64,000 nt of DNA from an uncultured Azospirillum sp. (GTDB lineage Bacteria > Pseudomonadota > Alphaproteobacteria > Azospirillales > Azospirillaceae): NCBI GenBank assembly GCA_966212305.1, contig CBIHQY010000030.1, positions 9,018 to 73,017 of the forward strand. The letters run 5' to 3'. The translations under genes and the position numbers were made by a program. The notes under the pieces are model-generated. The model had not been told where the DNA came from. It worked only from the letters and a program-made list of their open reading frames with translations, and made no database searches. Of this stretch, positions 29,504-38,993 are shown in pieces (positions within the stretch are counted from its first letter, which is position 1; the number at the start of each line of letters is the position of its first letter).

Positions 29504-29917
29504 TCAGGCGGCTGAACGCTCGCGCTTGCGCAGGATCGCCAGCGTGTTGTCGCTCTGCGGACAGGCGATGTCGCGCTGGAACGTGAACTTCCCGACGGTG
29601 AGCGTTACGAGCACGCTGTTTCGCTCGATAACTGCCCGCGTGCTCCCGTCCATACCTGCGGCGTGTGCGCGGCAGACGACCGTCGCCTCGCCGGGCACGG
29701 CGAAGCGGCGCGACACGGCGTCCAGGATGGCCTCGTAGGTGTCGTGGTCGTCTCCACTCGGGAACCGGGTCTCCCGCGCGTCCTCCCAAACGCCGCCATG
29801 CTCCTCCTCGGCCTCGTCGCGGACCTCGTGGTCCTCGATCTCCTGGAAGCAGCCGAGATCACGCAGGAAGACTCGGCGGGGGTGGAGCGGTGATTCGAAG
29901 AAAGTCCGGTGGTCATG
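29504..29917 (-). CDS. Hypothetical acidic protein with an unresolved start
   Basis: Strong GC3 bias runs from 29917 to the stop at 29504 (..FFESPLHPRRVFLRDLGCFQEIEDHEVRDEAEEEHGGVWED..). The only canonical in-frame start is the GTG at 29716. The ATG at 29916 is one nt out of frame. Confidence 0.4.
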   Translation of the reverse strand, partial: HDHRTFFESPLHPRRVFLRDLGCFQEIEDHEVRDEAEEEHGGVWEDARETRFPSGDDHDTYEAILDAVSRRFAVPGEATVVCRAHAAGMDGSTRAVIERNSVLVTLTVGKFTFQRDIACPQSDNTLAILRKRERSAA

Positions 29918-30036
29918 TCAGATCCTTTCGAAGGAAGATCACAGCTGCCGGGCAGTCGGCATCACCGATGTCACCGGCGGCAGGAGAAGGGAGACGGGGC
30001 AGGCGTGCTGGACACCACCCCGTCCGGCGCCGCCCA

Positions 30037-31122
30037 TCATGCCGCCTGCCGCACCCGTGCGGAGAACTCACCCACCCACGCGCGCACACGGCGGACGCGG
30101 ACGCCGTGCCGCCGGGCGACAGCCGATAGATCCCCGCCGTCCCACAGGTCCCGGCCGACCAGATGGCGAAGGTGCTTGGTGTCCAAGACGGCCGCCACGG
30201 CCTTGAGACGGCGGCGCAGGTTATGGTCCGGCTCCGCGTCCGCCCGAGCCGCGAGTTCGCGCGCCTGGTCGCTGACGTAAGAGCGCGGGAGAGGTGACCC
30301 GCTTTCGGTGGCCTTGGCCACCGCGGGCAGGTCATCGTTGGCGACGCGCGCCAGCAGATCCACGAGTTCGGCCACCGGACGGTACGCGTGGTGGAGAGGG
30401 TACCCGCCCACGGCCTCGGCGGCTTCGGCGTAGCTGCACCCGGCGGCCACCTCGGCGGCGTAGAGCAGGTCCTTGGCCGCGCGGGGGTCCAGCTGGTAGG
30501 CGGCGAGCGCACGGATCTGCTCCGGGTCGCAGCCCTCGATGAGACAGCGTAGCAGGGTCTCCTTGGGCTTACGCCGCTTCGTGGTAACGGGCACCACGGT
30601 CGCTTCCGCAGCGCCGCACGGGTAAGGGCTCGCGCGGCGAACCTTCGGCCGGAGGGCTTCGATGCCGCCGCTCCGGTACGCGGCCACGCAGCGGCTCACC
30701 TTCGAGCGGCTGAGGCCGGTGCGCTTACTGACCTCGTCGAGCGCCAGGCCGCTTGCGACAAGCGACACCGTCAGCAGGCGGCGGGCGACCTCGCCGTCCT
30801 GCTCGCGCTCGGCCAGACGGGCGAGTTCATCGGCGTCGAGGCCCACCGTCTCAAGGGCCGCGACGGGGCGGGTTTCGACGTGCGGGGCCGGAACCAGAAC
30901 GGCGGAGCGCTCGCGAAGTGCGTCGATGCCGCCGCTCTCGAAGCGGCGCATTGCGTCGAGCACGAGCACCGGGCTCACGCCGTACGCATGGGCGATCTCC
31001 GCGGGCATCATGCCGCTGTGGTAGTCGGCGACGATCTCCAGGCGGCGGGCGACGACGGGGTTGGTTTCGGTCGGGGCAAGACCGCGCAGGTGGGAAGCGA
31101 GTTCAGGGTGAACAAAGGACAT
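30037..31122 (-). CDS. Protein made of 3-4 tandem helix-turn-helix modules
   Basis: Repeats of the pattern RRLxxVxxxxxGxxxxEIAxxxGVSxxxVxxxxxxFxxGGIxALR: RRLEIVADYHSGMMPAEIAHAYGVS..GGIDALR, RRLLTVSLVASGLALDEVSKRTGLS..GGIEALR, plus two degenerate copies. Confidence 0.7.
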   Translation of the reverse strand: MSFVHPELASHLRGLAPTETNPVVARRLEIVADYHSGMMPAEIAHAYGVSPVLVLDAMRRFESGGIDALRERSAVLVPAPHVETRPVAALETVGLDADELARLAEREQDGEVARRLLTVSLVASGLALDEVSKRTGLSRSKVSRCVAAYRSGGIEALRPKVRRASPYPCGAAEATVVPVTTKRRKPKETLLRCLIEGCDPEQIRALAAYQLDPRAAKDLLYAAEVAAGCSYAEAAEAVGGYPLHHAYRPVAELVDLLARVANDDLPAVAKATESGSPLPRSYVSDQARELAARADAEPDHNLRRRLKAVAAVLDTKHLRHLVGRDLWDGGDLSAVARRHGVRVRRVRAWVGEFSARVRQAA

Positions 31123-31220
31123 GGCGAGTTCCCTTCTTTCAGTCCCCGGCATGGGGCGGAGCGGTTCGTGGCGTCAATGGCAGAGAGGGGGAGGACACCG
31201 GAGACGCCGGTGCCTGTCGG

Positions 31221-31481
31221 TCAGTCCTCCTCCAGCAGCCAGTCGCACGGCAGGATGTCGGCATCGCGCCCAAGCTGGACGTCGTGGGCGCAGCCGCGGC
31301 AGTGGACGCTGAGGATCAGACGCTCGGCGATGTTGTCCACGTCATTCGGGAAGAGGTCGGCGAGGACGGCGATCTCCGCTTCCAACAGCCTGGGGATCAG
31401 GCAGCCCGTTTCGGCCGCACGAGGGCAGTACACGTCCATTCGCATCTCCATCATGGGTGCGTTGAGGTCGGAAATGGTCAA
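31221..31481 (-). CDS. Hypothetical small protein
   Basis: 86-aa ORF with acceptable codon bias, downstream of 31504-31905 on the same strand. No motif recognised. Confidence 0.4.
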   Translation of the reverse strand: MTISDLNAPMMEMRMDVYCPRAAETGCLIPRLLEAEIAVLADLFPNDVDNIAERLILSVHCRGCAHDVQLGRDADILPCDWLLEED

Positions 31482-31503
31482 AGGATCGGGAGGTGGCAGC
31501 GGG

Positions 31504-31905
31504 TTATCCGTCCGGCGCGGCCGCGTACGCCTGCTCGAAGGCGTACTCGACGGCGGCTGTCAAGGCGGCGATCGCAGCCCCGGGTGGGGCGCCCGCCGCG
31601 GCGACAGCGACCCCGAAGTGCCATGCCGCGTCGAGGGCGGCCACGGGCAGGGAGGGTGCCGTCGCACCGGCACGGGTGTCGTAATAGCCGTGCAGGTAGG
31701 CGACGGCGCGTTCGCGCCCGGCGAACGGGACGCAAGCGACATACCGCTGTGTCACATCGTAGTGGCCGAACTTCCACGCGTCACGCTCGGACGATCCGGC
31801 GTCGAACGGGCACCGGACGGAGACAGGCGCCGCCCGGGGGGGGCGAGATCGGCCGGAAGGGCGCTGGACGATCTCAGGCAGGTCGAACATAGTGCGCATG
31901 GACAC
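31504..31905 (-). CDS. Hypothetical protein
   Basis: 133-aa ORF with non-shadow-like composition. No motif recognised. Confidence 0.45.
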   Translation of the reverse strand: MSMRTMFDLPEIVQRPSGRSRPPRAAPVSVRCPFDAGSSERDAWKFGHYDVTQRYVACVPFAGRERAVAYLHGYYDTRAGATAPSLPVAALDAAWHFGVAVAAAGAPPGAAIAALTAAVEYAFEQAYAAAPDG

Positions 31906-32247
31906 TCCCCCGTTAGCGGTTACACAGTTCAGGAAGTACTGTGGGCATTTGGGGGCGCCGGTCGCCGTCCAAGCGGCCGGTCAGCCTCGCTTCAGCGTTG
32001 CGGCATCGCTGCCGCCGCCATATTCCGAGACCGATGCGGGCGGACCGGTCGTCGTTGTTCCCCGAACCCGGGGACCCGCGGCTATCGCGGGTGGCTCACG
32101 CTTTGGACCAAGGCTCCGTGAGGAACCGTGAACAAAGCCTGCCGGAGTGCCAGCGTGTTGTCTATACAAAAAGTGTACCGCTTCCTGAGTTACCCGGAGG
32201 GGTGGTGAGCGCGGTGAACTCAGCCTGAATCATGACCGCAGCCCTCA

Positions 32248-32925
32248 ATGATTGTCGTCGGCCGCGTCATTCTGGATGTCCCTTGCGATCGCATGCCGCG
32301 GGGGCGTCCTCTTGCTGCTTCGAACGACGCCGTGGCACGGTGCGCCATCCATGAGTGGAGACCGACGGTGATTGGAGCGGGCTTGCGACACGACCAGGAA
32401 GAACGCATCGGCTGGTGTCCGGTCTGCTTCGGCGAGCACGTCACCGAACTTATGGACGGCGGTCCGGCGCTCGCGTTGCACGGCTACCAGCGCCCGGGAC
32501 GCGGGTCCATCGTTGGGCGCTGCCTTGGCAGCGGCGAGGTGCCGCTCGACGTCTCCCCCGACGGGCTGAAGCGGTCCGTCGACCGTATGACGATCCGGCT
32601 GGCCGAGCTTGTCGGGGCCACCGCTCCCGGCGCCGCCGAGGAGCGACGGTCTCTGGAAGTCCGCATCGCGTTCGCCCGACGGGAGCTCGCGGACTGGCGC
32701 CCAGGCGAAGAGATCTCCGGACTGCGGCGGCGTCGCCAACCGGCGATGGGCGACGACGAGATCCGCCTGCGGCTGGACAGCGACATCGCCGCCCGCAAGC
32801 GCCTGCCGCCCCTGCCCGACCCGCCCAAGGATGTCAGGCCGTTCCTGTCGGTGGTGCTAAACCTCCCGAACCCGCTGGCGGACGAGGCCGAACGCAGGAG
32901 GGGGGAGGCGCCGCCGGACCCGTAG
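32248..32925 (+). CDS. Hypothetical protein
   Basis: 225-aa ORF containing a CPVCFGEH motif. No family recognised. Confidence 0.45.
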   Translation: MIVVGRVILDVPCDRMPRGRPLAASNDAVARCAIHEWRPTVIGAGLRHDQEERIGWCPVCFGEHVTELMDGGPALALHGYQRPGRGSIVGRCLGSGEVPLDVSPDGLKRSVDRMTIRLAELVGATAPGAAEERRSLEVRIAFARRELADWRPGEEISGLRRRRQPAMGDDEIRLRLDSDIAARKRLPPLPDPPKDVRPFLSVVLNLPNPLADEAERRRGEAPPDP

Positions 32926-33036
32926 GCCGACGAGGCTGGGCGATCGGAGGAAACGGCGCCCCCCGCGCCTCGCGGAGGTCCCGGCAGGATACGGACGAAA
33001 TCGGACCGGGCGCCGCCAAACGAGCCATCAGCGACA

Positions 33037-33366
33037 GTGAAAATCGACCCGGCATCGCTGGACCAGCTGCGGACGACTCAACGGCTCTGGCTTGACCACT
33101 TGATCGAGATCGAGCGCATCGAGACCAAAGCCGAGCGACTGCGTCTCGCCGCCGGGGAAACCGCGAAGGCGTGGATGGCTGCCGTCGGCGCCACGGACGC
33201 CAAGTGCCTGGAGGCGATGTGCAGGAAGCGTGACGGGATGCACTGCATCACTGTGGACATGCCGCTGGGGCGGGCGTCGTGGGACCGCGTAGCGGAGATC
33301 GGAGAGCGGTTGGACGGCGCGCAGCGTTCCAACAAGGCTGCTCCCCCGGCGTCGTATGGACGGTAA
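33037..33366 (+). CDS. Hypothetical protein
   Basis: 109-aa ORF, helical-looking (LDQLRTTQRLWLDHLIEIERIETKAERLRLAAGE). Confidence 0.45.
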   Translation: MKIDPASLDQLRTTQRLWLDHLIEIERIETKAERLRLAAGETAKAWMAAVGATDAKCLEAMCRKRDGMHCITVDMPLGRASWDRVAEIGERLDGAQRSNKAAPPASYGR

Positions 33367-34004
33367 ACGCGGCCGACCTGGAAGGATTGGCGGCCGCGCT
33401 GGGCGTTCCGGCGGCCGACACCAGACGCTTCAAGCCCACTCTCAGGGAACCCGCGCCCAGGATCATCCCCTTCGAGGATCTTCCGCGTTGGGACGGCAAG
33501 GATCCCGTTCTTCTGGCGGAGTCCCTGAACTGGTGGTATGTGGAATTGGGGGAGTTGATAGTTGTCCGCCTTGCCACGGCATGGCTGGCGCGGTTTCTGA
33601 CGTGGGTTCCAGACAATTTGCGTGGCCACACGGAAGGCGACATCTGGCTGGACCCCGTCGGCAACGCCGTCGTCCGGACGGGATACACCATTGACTGGCG
33701 CGGCCGATGCTGGAAGGTCGCCCCCTTCCACCGACGATGCGATTACGACCAAGGGTGCGAAGCCTTGGATCTGAATCAGGACGATGTTGACGGCCTGCTC
33801 GCCGCCGGTGACGTAGCCCTGCTGCCGGATGGGCAAGTCGCCGTGGTCAATCTCGTCAGGGACCGCAAGGACCGTGAGAGGATCACCTCTTTGAGCCTCT
33901 CGACAATGGCTGAGGTTCTGGCAGTGCCCACCCGCAGACACCCGCCTCCCGCTACAAAAAGAAGATGCTCTTTCTCGCGGGTGTCGCAGAGCAAAGCCGT
34001 ATAA
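33279..34004 (+). CDS. Hypothetical protein (start uncertain)
   Basis: Long ORF with protein-like sequence from about 33350 (VNAADLEGLAAALGVPAADTRRFKP...). The true start is probably downstream of 33366, for example the in-frame TTG at 33387. Confidence 0.45.
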   Translation: MGPRSGDRRAVGRRAAFQQGCSPGVVWTVNAADLEGLAAALGVPAADTRRFKPTLREPAPRIIPFEDLPRWDGKDPVLLAESLNWWYVELGELIVVRLATAWLARFLTWVPDNLRGHTEGDIWLDPVGNAVVRTGYTIDWRGRCWKVAPFHRRCDYDQGCEALDLNQDDVDGLLAAGDVALLPDGQVAVVNLVRDRKDRERITSLSLSTMAEVLAVPTRRHPPPATKRRCSFSRVSQSKAV

Positions 34005-34045
34005 TTCGGGAGGCGAACAGCGTCGCCCCCCTAAGCATATCATTC

Positions 34046-36997
34046 CTACAGCTTTACCTCTTTGAGACTGGTGACCACATCAAAGTTGGCTCCGATCGTC
34101 TCAAAATGGCGCTTTCCGCAGGAGACTTTCTGGTTCTCTTTGTTCCGACGCTCCTCTTCATCCAACGTGCTCTTGGTCTCGCGGACAAAGTAGAGCTTCT
34201 CATCGCGCTCGGTGACGAATGCCCAGTCCGGGTTATAGGGGCCAATGGGCGTGTCGATCCTGAACCAGGACGGCAATTTAATGAATAGCTTGACATTTTC
34301 GCTGTCGTCCAAGTCCTTGGCGAACAGCCGCTCGGTTTCGGATTCGAACTCGATGTGATCGAACAGGCATTTGTCCTTGTTCTGCACCTCATACAGGCTA
34401 CTGAGGTAGCGGACGATGCCTTCCTCAGCCTCCTGCTCGATACGGCTCATTTCCCAGAACTGACCGGCGACCTTTTCGTATTGAATGCCTTCGAGCATCA
34501 AATCGTGCAGGGCCGCACCGATCTGCTTGCCCACCTGGGACATGAAAGACTGAGGGTTTACCTTGAACTCATCCAGCCGTCCGCTCTGCTTCAGGATTTG
34601 GACTAGGGTGTGCCGAGTAAGCTCGATTTCCTTTTGCAGGTAAGCGAGTATATCCGGAAGAACCGTGACAGGCTGTACATCGTAGGTGCGCGAGTCCAAT
34701 TCCCGGTCGGCGGCGACGCCAGCTTCGGTGATGTCGATATCGCGCTTGCTGATGGCGATACGGGCGGGTTCAATCTTCGGAATCTTGGTCCTGATACGCT
34801 CCACCGCCTTGGCGATCAGGTCAGCAGTCTTAAACGTAACCCGGTAGCGGGTGCGCTGGCTGATCTTTTCCCACAATGCCTGAAAGTCAGGGTGTAGTTG
34901 AACAGCCTTGCGGAACTTCACTTCTTTCCGCTCACGGGCATTGACCACCCGGTTTTTGAAGAGGCGTTTCTGAAGCTCGTCCACAATTTTGGCTTTCAGG
35001 TCGGCGAACTCCGCCGGAACCTTCAAGTCGAAGCCTGGCTTCTTCGGGTCGAACTTGTCGAGGATTTCGCCTGCCCCATTGATGTAGCCATTGGCCTTCA
35101 GTTCGCTCCAAATGCGGGTCGAGATCTCCTGCCCGATGGGGGCTTCGGTGCCGTTGGGAGCCGGACGCACCAGCTTGGCGAAGTCGATCTTCTCGATTTT
35201 GCCGAACTTGATTCCGAAATCCTCCTCGAATTCCGTCTGGAGCTTCCGGGCAAAGTCTTCATAGGACTCGTTAGCAATGACCGTCAGCCGGTTCACCGAC
35301 TCATCGTGAACCCGTTCGCCCTTGTCGTTAACTGGAAGACGCAGACCTCGCCCAATCTCCTGGCGCTTCCGCTCCACCGACTGACTTTCGTTCAGGGTGC
35401 AAATCTGGAAGACGTTGGGGTTGTCCCAACCTTCGCGCAGGGCGGAATGGGAAAAGATGAAGCGTAGCGGTTCAGCTGGGTCCAGTAGCCGCTCCTTGTC
35501 CCGCATGATCAACGAATAGGTGTCTTCGTCGTCGGCAGTCTTGCCGCTGGTGTCCTTGGCCCGGCCCTGCTTATCCTGCGAGAAATAGCCGTCGTGGACC
35601 TGCGACACATCGAAAGGGATCAACCCCTTGTAGATGGGCTTGGCGGCAAGTTCGAGGAGCGCTTCCTCAAACCACTGTCCAATCTTGCCGAGGCTGGTGG
35701 TCCCGTCCTCGTTGTAAATGCGGTAGTTGGCAACCTTGTCGATGAAGAACAGGGAAAGGACCTTGATGCCTCGGCCGCGGAGGGCACGCTCCTTGCGAAG
35801 GTGTTGTTCGACAGTCTCGCGGACCTGGGCCTTCATCACGTCCTCGCCCTGCCCACCGACTTCCTGGCCCAACTCAAGATAGCGGCCCTGGTTGAACTCG
35901 ATAAACTCGGCACCTGGTGTGCAGTCGATGTCCTGGACGATATAGCCCTGCCGGTAAGCTTGGCGCTCACCGGACTTCAGATACAAATCATCGCGCTTTT
36001 TGACCCAAGCCTTCGCGACTTTGGGGCCGTCCTTGCCTTCCTTGTGGAATTCCACCTGAGCCTTGATGCCGTTGGTGTTGTCCACCTTCAGCAGCTTCAC
36101 GTAGGCGTCATTGAAGCTGTCTTCCGATCGGACCGACGCCACCTCGATGCGCTTCACCAGTCTTAGGTCGTAGGCTTTGATCGGGTCCAGGCGGTACAGC
36201 AGGTTATGGGGATCCTTGTGAGTCGCGCTGTAACGAAGGTTCGCCGCCGGATTGAGGTTGGCGATGGCACGTTTGGATTTGGGGGTGTTATCGACGCTTT
36301 GCGGTTCGTCGATGATCACGATGGGGTTGGTGGATTGGATGAATTCGATAGGCTTTCGGCCCGACATCCGGTCGTTTTCGCGGTTGATGACGTTCAGCTT
36401 CTTCAATTCGTCCTCAGTCATCTCCGACACGTCCTTGTCGGGCACATCCTTCTGGAAGCTTTGGATGTTGATGACCATGATCTGGACGTGGTTGCTGCTA
36501 GCAAACTGCCGCACCTTGCCCAGCCGTTTGGAGTCGTAAACGAAGTGGTCGAACGGAACCTTGTCGTACAGGGTCTGAAAGTGCTCCTTCATCACATCCA
36601 GGCTCTTCAGCACACCTTCGCGAATGGCGACACTGGGCACAACGATGATGAATTTCTTGAAGCCGTAGTTCTTGTTTAGCTCAAAGATGGTGCGGAGATA
36701 GACATAGGTCTTGCCGGTACCCGTTTCCATTTCCACGGAAAATTCGCGACCCTGCAAGGTGTTCACGCGTTCGATGTCATTTTTCTCCTGGGTCTTGTGG
36801 ACGTTGGCAAGCATAGCCTCGTCGAGGAGGTCGATGCGGTTGCCGACGCCTAGCTCCGTCAGCGCCATCCCGGCCTGACCGGATGCCATGCTGATCTCGA
36901 AGTGGGCAGCCTGGATCGGCTGCCCATCGAAGACGTTGACCACTGCCTGAATGGCGTCCTGCTGGTACTCCAGCGAAGGGTCAAACTTGAGCTTCAC
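34046..36997 (-). CDS. res: Type III restriction enzyme Res subunit (helicase plus C-terminal PD-ExK nuclease)
   Basis: 983 aa. Starts MKLKFDPSLEYQQDAIQAVVNVFDGQP. METGTGKTYVY (motif I), IIDEPQS (II), LREGWDNPNVFQICTL, and a C-terminal YNPDWAF...VRETKS nuclease motif. Confidence 0.9.
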   Translation of the reverse strand: MKLKFDPSLEYQQDAIQAVVNVFDGQPIQAAHFEISMASGQAGMALTELGVGNRIDLLDEAMLANVHKTQEKNDIERVNTLQGREFSVEMETGTGKTYVYLRTIFELNKNYGFKKFIIVVPSVAIREGVLKSLDVMKEHFQTLYDKVPFDHFVYDSKRLGKVRQFASSNHVQIMVINIQSFQKDVPDKDVSEMTEDELKKLNVINRENDRMSGRKPIEFIQSTNPIVIIDEPQSVDNTPKSKRAIANLNPAANLRYSATHKDPHNLLYRLDPIKAYDLRLVKRIEVASVRSEDSFNDAYVKLLKVDNTNGIKAQVEFHKEGKDGPKVAKAWVKKRDDLYLKSGERQAYRQGYIVQDIDCTPGAEFIEFNQGRYLELGQEVGGQGEDVMKAQVRETVEQHLRKERALRGRGIKVLSLFFIDKVANYRIYNEDGTTSLGKIGQWFEEALLELAAKPIYKGLIPFDVSQVHDGYFSQDKQGRAKDTSGKTADDEDTYSLIMRDKERLLDPAEPLRFIFSHSALREGWDNPNVFQICTLNESQSVERKRQEIGRGLRLPVNDKGERVHDESVNRLTVIANESYEDFARKLQTEFEEDFGIKFGKIEKIDFAKLVRPAPNGTEAPIGQEISTRIWSELKANGYINGAGEILDKFDPKKPGFDLKVPAEFADLKAKIVDELQKRLFKNRVVNARERKEVKFRKAVQLHPDFQALWEKISQRTRYRVTFKTADLIAKAVERIRTKIPKIEPARIAISKRDIDITEAGVAADRELDSRTYDVQPVTVLPDILAYLQKEIELTRHTLVQILKQSGRLDEFKVNPQSFMSQVGKQIGAALHDLMLEGIQYEKVAGQFWEMSRIEQEAEEGIVRYLSSLYEVQNKDKCLFDHIEFESETERLFAKDLDDSENVKLFIKLPSWFRIDTPIGPYNPDWAFVTERDEKLYFVRETKSTLDEEERRNKENQKVSCGKRHFETIGANFDVVTSLKEVKL

Positions 36998-37010
36998 TTG
37001 TCCCTCCAGG

Positions 37011-38993
37011 TCAGACGGTTTTAAACACGATTTCGCTTTCCTGTGAGGCGGCTCGAGCTTTGAACGTCTGTACGGCGTTTGCTTTTAGCTGATCGTTTCC
37101 TTTGAAAGCCCGGTCCAGGCATATAACTTGGAATGGCTCTCGATCTGCGAGTGCATCTATTAACTCGGGAGTAATTTCGTTTTCCAAGCAGATCAGCAGT
37201 ACGCCTCCGGCAACAGAAAAGGCGGTCGCCTCTCCAACCGTCATGCTATCTATTGAAGCTGTCAGAGGAAATCCCGCTTTAATCAGAAGCTCGTAGAGAA
37301 TTGAGATATGGTCTGCATTCTCAGCAATATGCTCAATGTGAAGGTCAAGCTGTGCTTCCAATTCCGCGCTGACGCTTCCGTCCCAGTTCTTGAAATTTGA
37401 TGCGGCTAGCTTGAAGTGCCGAAAGCCCATATCAAGTTGAGACACGATGAGCGGGTCTGTATTACTTCTAATACTTTCTATCGCCTTTTGCACTCTGTGG
37501 GTGCAGACTTCGCCGATATTGTGCAATCCCATTTTGTAGGCAACTGACTTTTCACTGCAAGCCTCTGGAAGTTGTATCAACATGAACTTGCGGCGGCTGT
37601 TTTCTTCCGCATTAAGTTGCAAGACTGCGTGGGCCGTAGTGCCCGACCCTGCGAAGAAATCCATAACAATGTCATCAGGCCCAGTAAGATACCGGACCAG
37701 ACGCTTAATATCGTTCCAATTCTTTGGGTTATCAAACGTCTTGCTGCCGACGAGATCGACAAACTCCATGGTGGCAGTTTGAGCATAGCTATAGAAAACA
37801 GACGGCATTAGCTGTTGGTCGCTCTCAAACAAGAAGCGACATTGTCTTGGCAATGTGTTGTGATTATCGCCAAAAACGATTCGTCCAGCAGTAACTTCCT
37901 CCCAGAACCGCTCAGGGGAAGGGTGCCGCCACCCGCCGTCTGGGATCTTACATGGCATTTTTGTGATTGGGTGGAGAATCTCATACCGAGGCCCACCACC
38001 TCCGGGCCAGGAAATATCTCCGTCGTCTCGGTATGGGCCTTTGGGGCCGATCTTCGAGAAGCGTCCTAGCTTCTTCCGATGATCGGACGCAGGGATGGCA
38101 TTGAAGAATGCTCTCCACTCTTCCTGGATCGCGTCGTAATCATTGCCATAGCTTGAGACCAGCTTTTTGTAAAAATCCCGCGCCTCTTCGATACCATCTT
38201 TGGGTTCACGGAGAATTATCCCTTGCTCCTGAAGATGTCGAGCGCTGTTCGCGTATACAAGCATGTATTCATGGCCTACAGAAAAGTATCTAGCATCATT
38301 TTTCCGGTTCTTATCCCATACTAGAGTGGAAAGATAGTTCTCCTGACCAAAAATTTCGTCGCAAACGAGTTTTAGATTCGCGTATTCGGCATCATCTATG
38401 CTGATGACAAGGAATCCATCCTCTTGCAGTAGGTTCTTGGCCAAGAATAGGCGTGGGTACATCATGTTCAGCCAGCGAGAGTGAAAGCGCCCGGACTGTT
38501 CCGTATTGGTAGAGAAACGCTTTCCATCCTCGGCTACTTGCCCAGTGTAGCGGAGATAGGTATCGATATTTTCGGAATAGTTGTCCGGGTAAATGAAATC
38601 ATTCCCGGTGTTATAAGGAGGGTCAATGTAAATGAGCTTAACCTTTCCATAATAAGATCTCTGAAGTAACTTGAGAGTCTCGAGGTTATCCCCCTCTATA
38701 ATAATGTTTTCTGAATTATCGAAATCGATGGATGAGTTTGGATTTGGGCGGAGTGTGGCAGTGCTAATCTCTTGGATAACCCGAGTGCATTCAGCTTTTC
38801 CCGGCCAACCAAGGCCGAATCGCTCTTTTCCTGGGTCAACCCATTCGCCAAGCAACCTCTTCAGTTTATCGAAATCGATCCCGCTCTCGGTGGCGATCTC
38901 GGGGAATAGGCTTACCAGTTGCTGGCGCTTCTCCTCAGTGACCTTCATAGAGGTAAGCTGCATCTTCTCGGGCATGTCCATGATGTTTTCCAT
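37011..38993 (-). CDS. mod: Type III-like DNA methyltransferase Mod (beta-class amino-MTase)
   Basis: 660 aa. LIYIDPPYNTGNDFIY (motif IV) lies N-terminal to VMDFFAGSGTTAHAV (motif I), the beta-class order. The start ATG shares one nt with the SNF2 stop. Confidence 0.9.
   Translation of the reverse strand: MENIMDMPEKMQLTSMKVTEEKRQQLVSLFPEIATESGIDFDKLKRLLGEWVDPGKERFGLGWPGKAECTRVIQEISTATLRPNPNSSIDFDNSENIIIEGDNLETLKLLQRSYYGKVKLIYIDPPYNTGNDFIYPDNYSENIDTYLRYTGQVAEDGKRFSTNTEQSGRFHSRWLNMMYPRLFLAKNLLQEDGFLVISIDDAEYANLKLVCDEIFGQENYLSTLVWDKNRKNDARYFSVGHEYMLVYANSARHLQEQGIILREPKDGIEEARDFYKKLVSSYGNDYDAIQEEWRAFFNAIPASDHRKKLGRFSKIGPKGPYRDDGDISWPGGGGPRYEILHPITKMPCKIPDGGWRHPSPERFWEEVTAGRIVFGDNHNTLPRQCRFLFESDQQLMPSVFYSYAQTATMEFVDLVGSKTFDNPKNWNDIKRLVRYLTGPDDIVMDFFAGSGTTAHAVLQLNAEENSRRKFMLIQLPEACSEKSVAYKMGLHNIGEVCTHRVQKAIESIRSNTDPLIVSQLDMGFRHFKLAASNFKNWDGSVSAELEAQLDLHIEHIAENADHISILYELLIKAGFPLTASIDSMTVGEATAFSVAGGVLLICLENEITPELIDALADREPFQVICLDRAFKGNDQLKANAVQTFKARAASQESEIVFKTV

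Noticed and set aside
31221-31905. Toxin-antitoxin pair (two small co-oriented ORFs)
   Set aside because: No recognisable toxin or antitoxin motif (RelE, ParE, VapC PIN, HTH or RHH). The sizes and the 22-nt spacing alone are insufficient.
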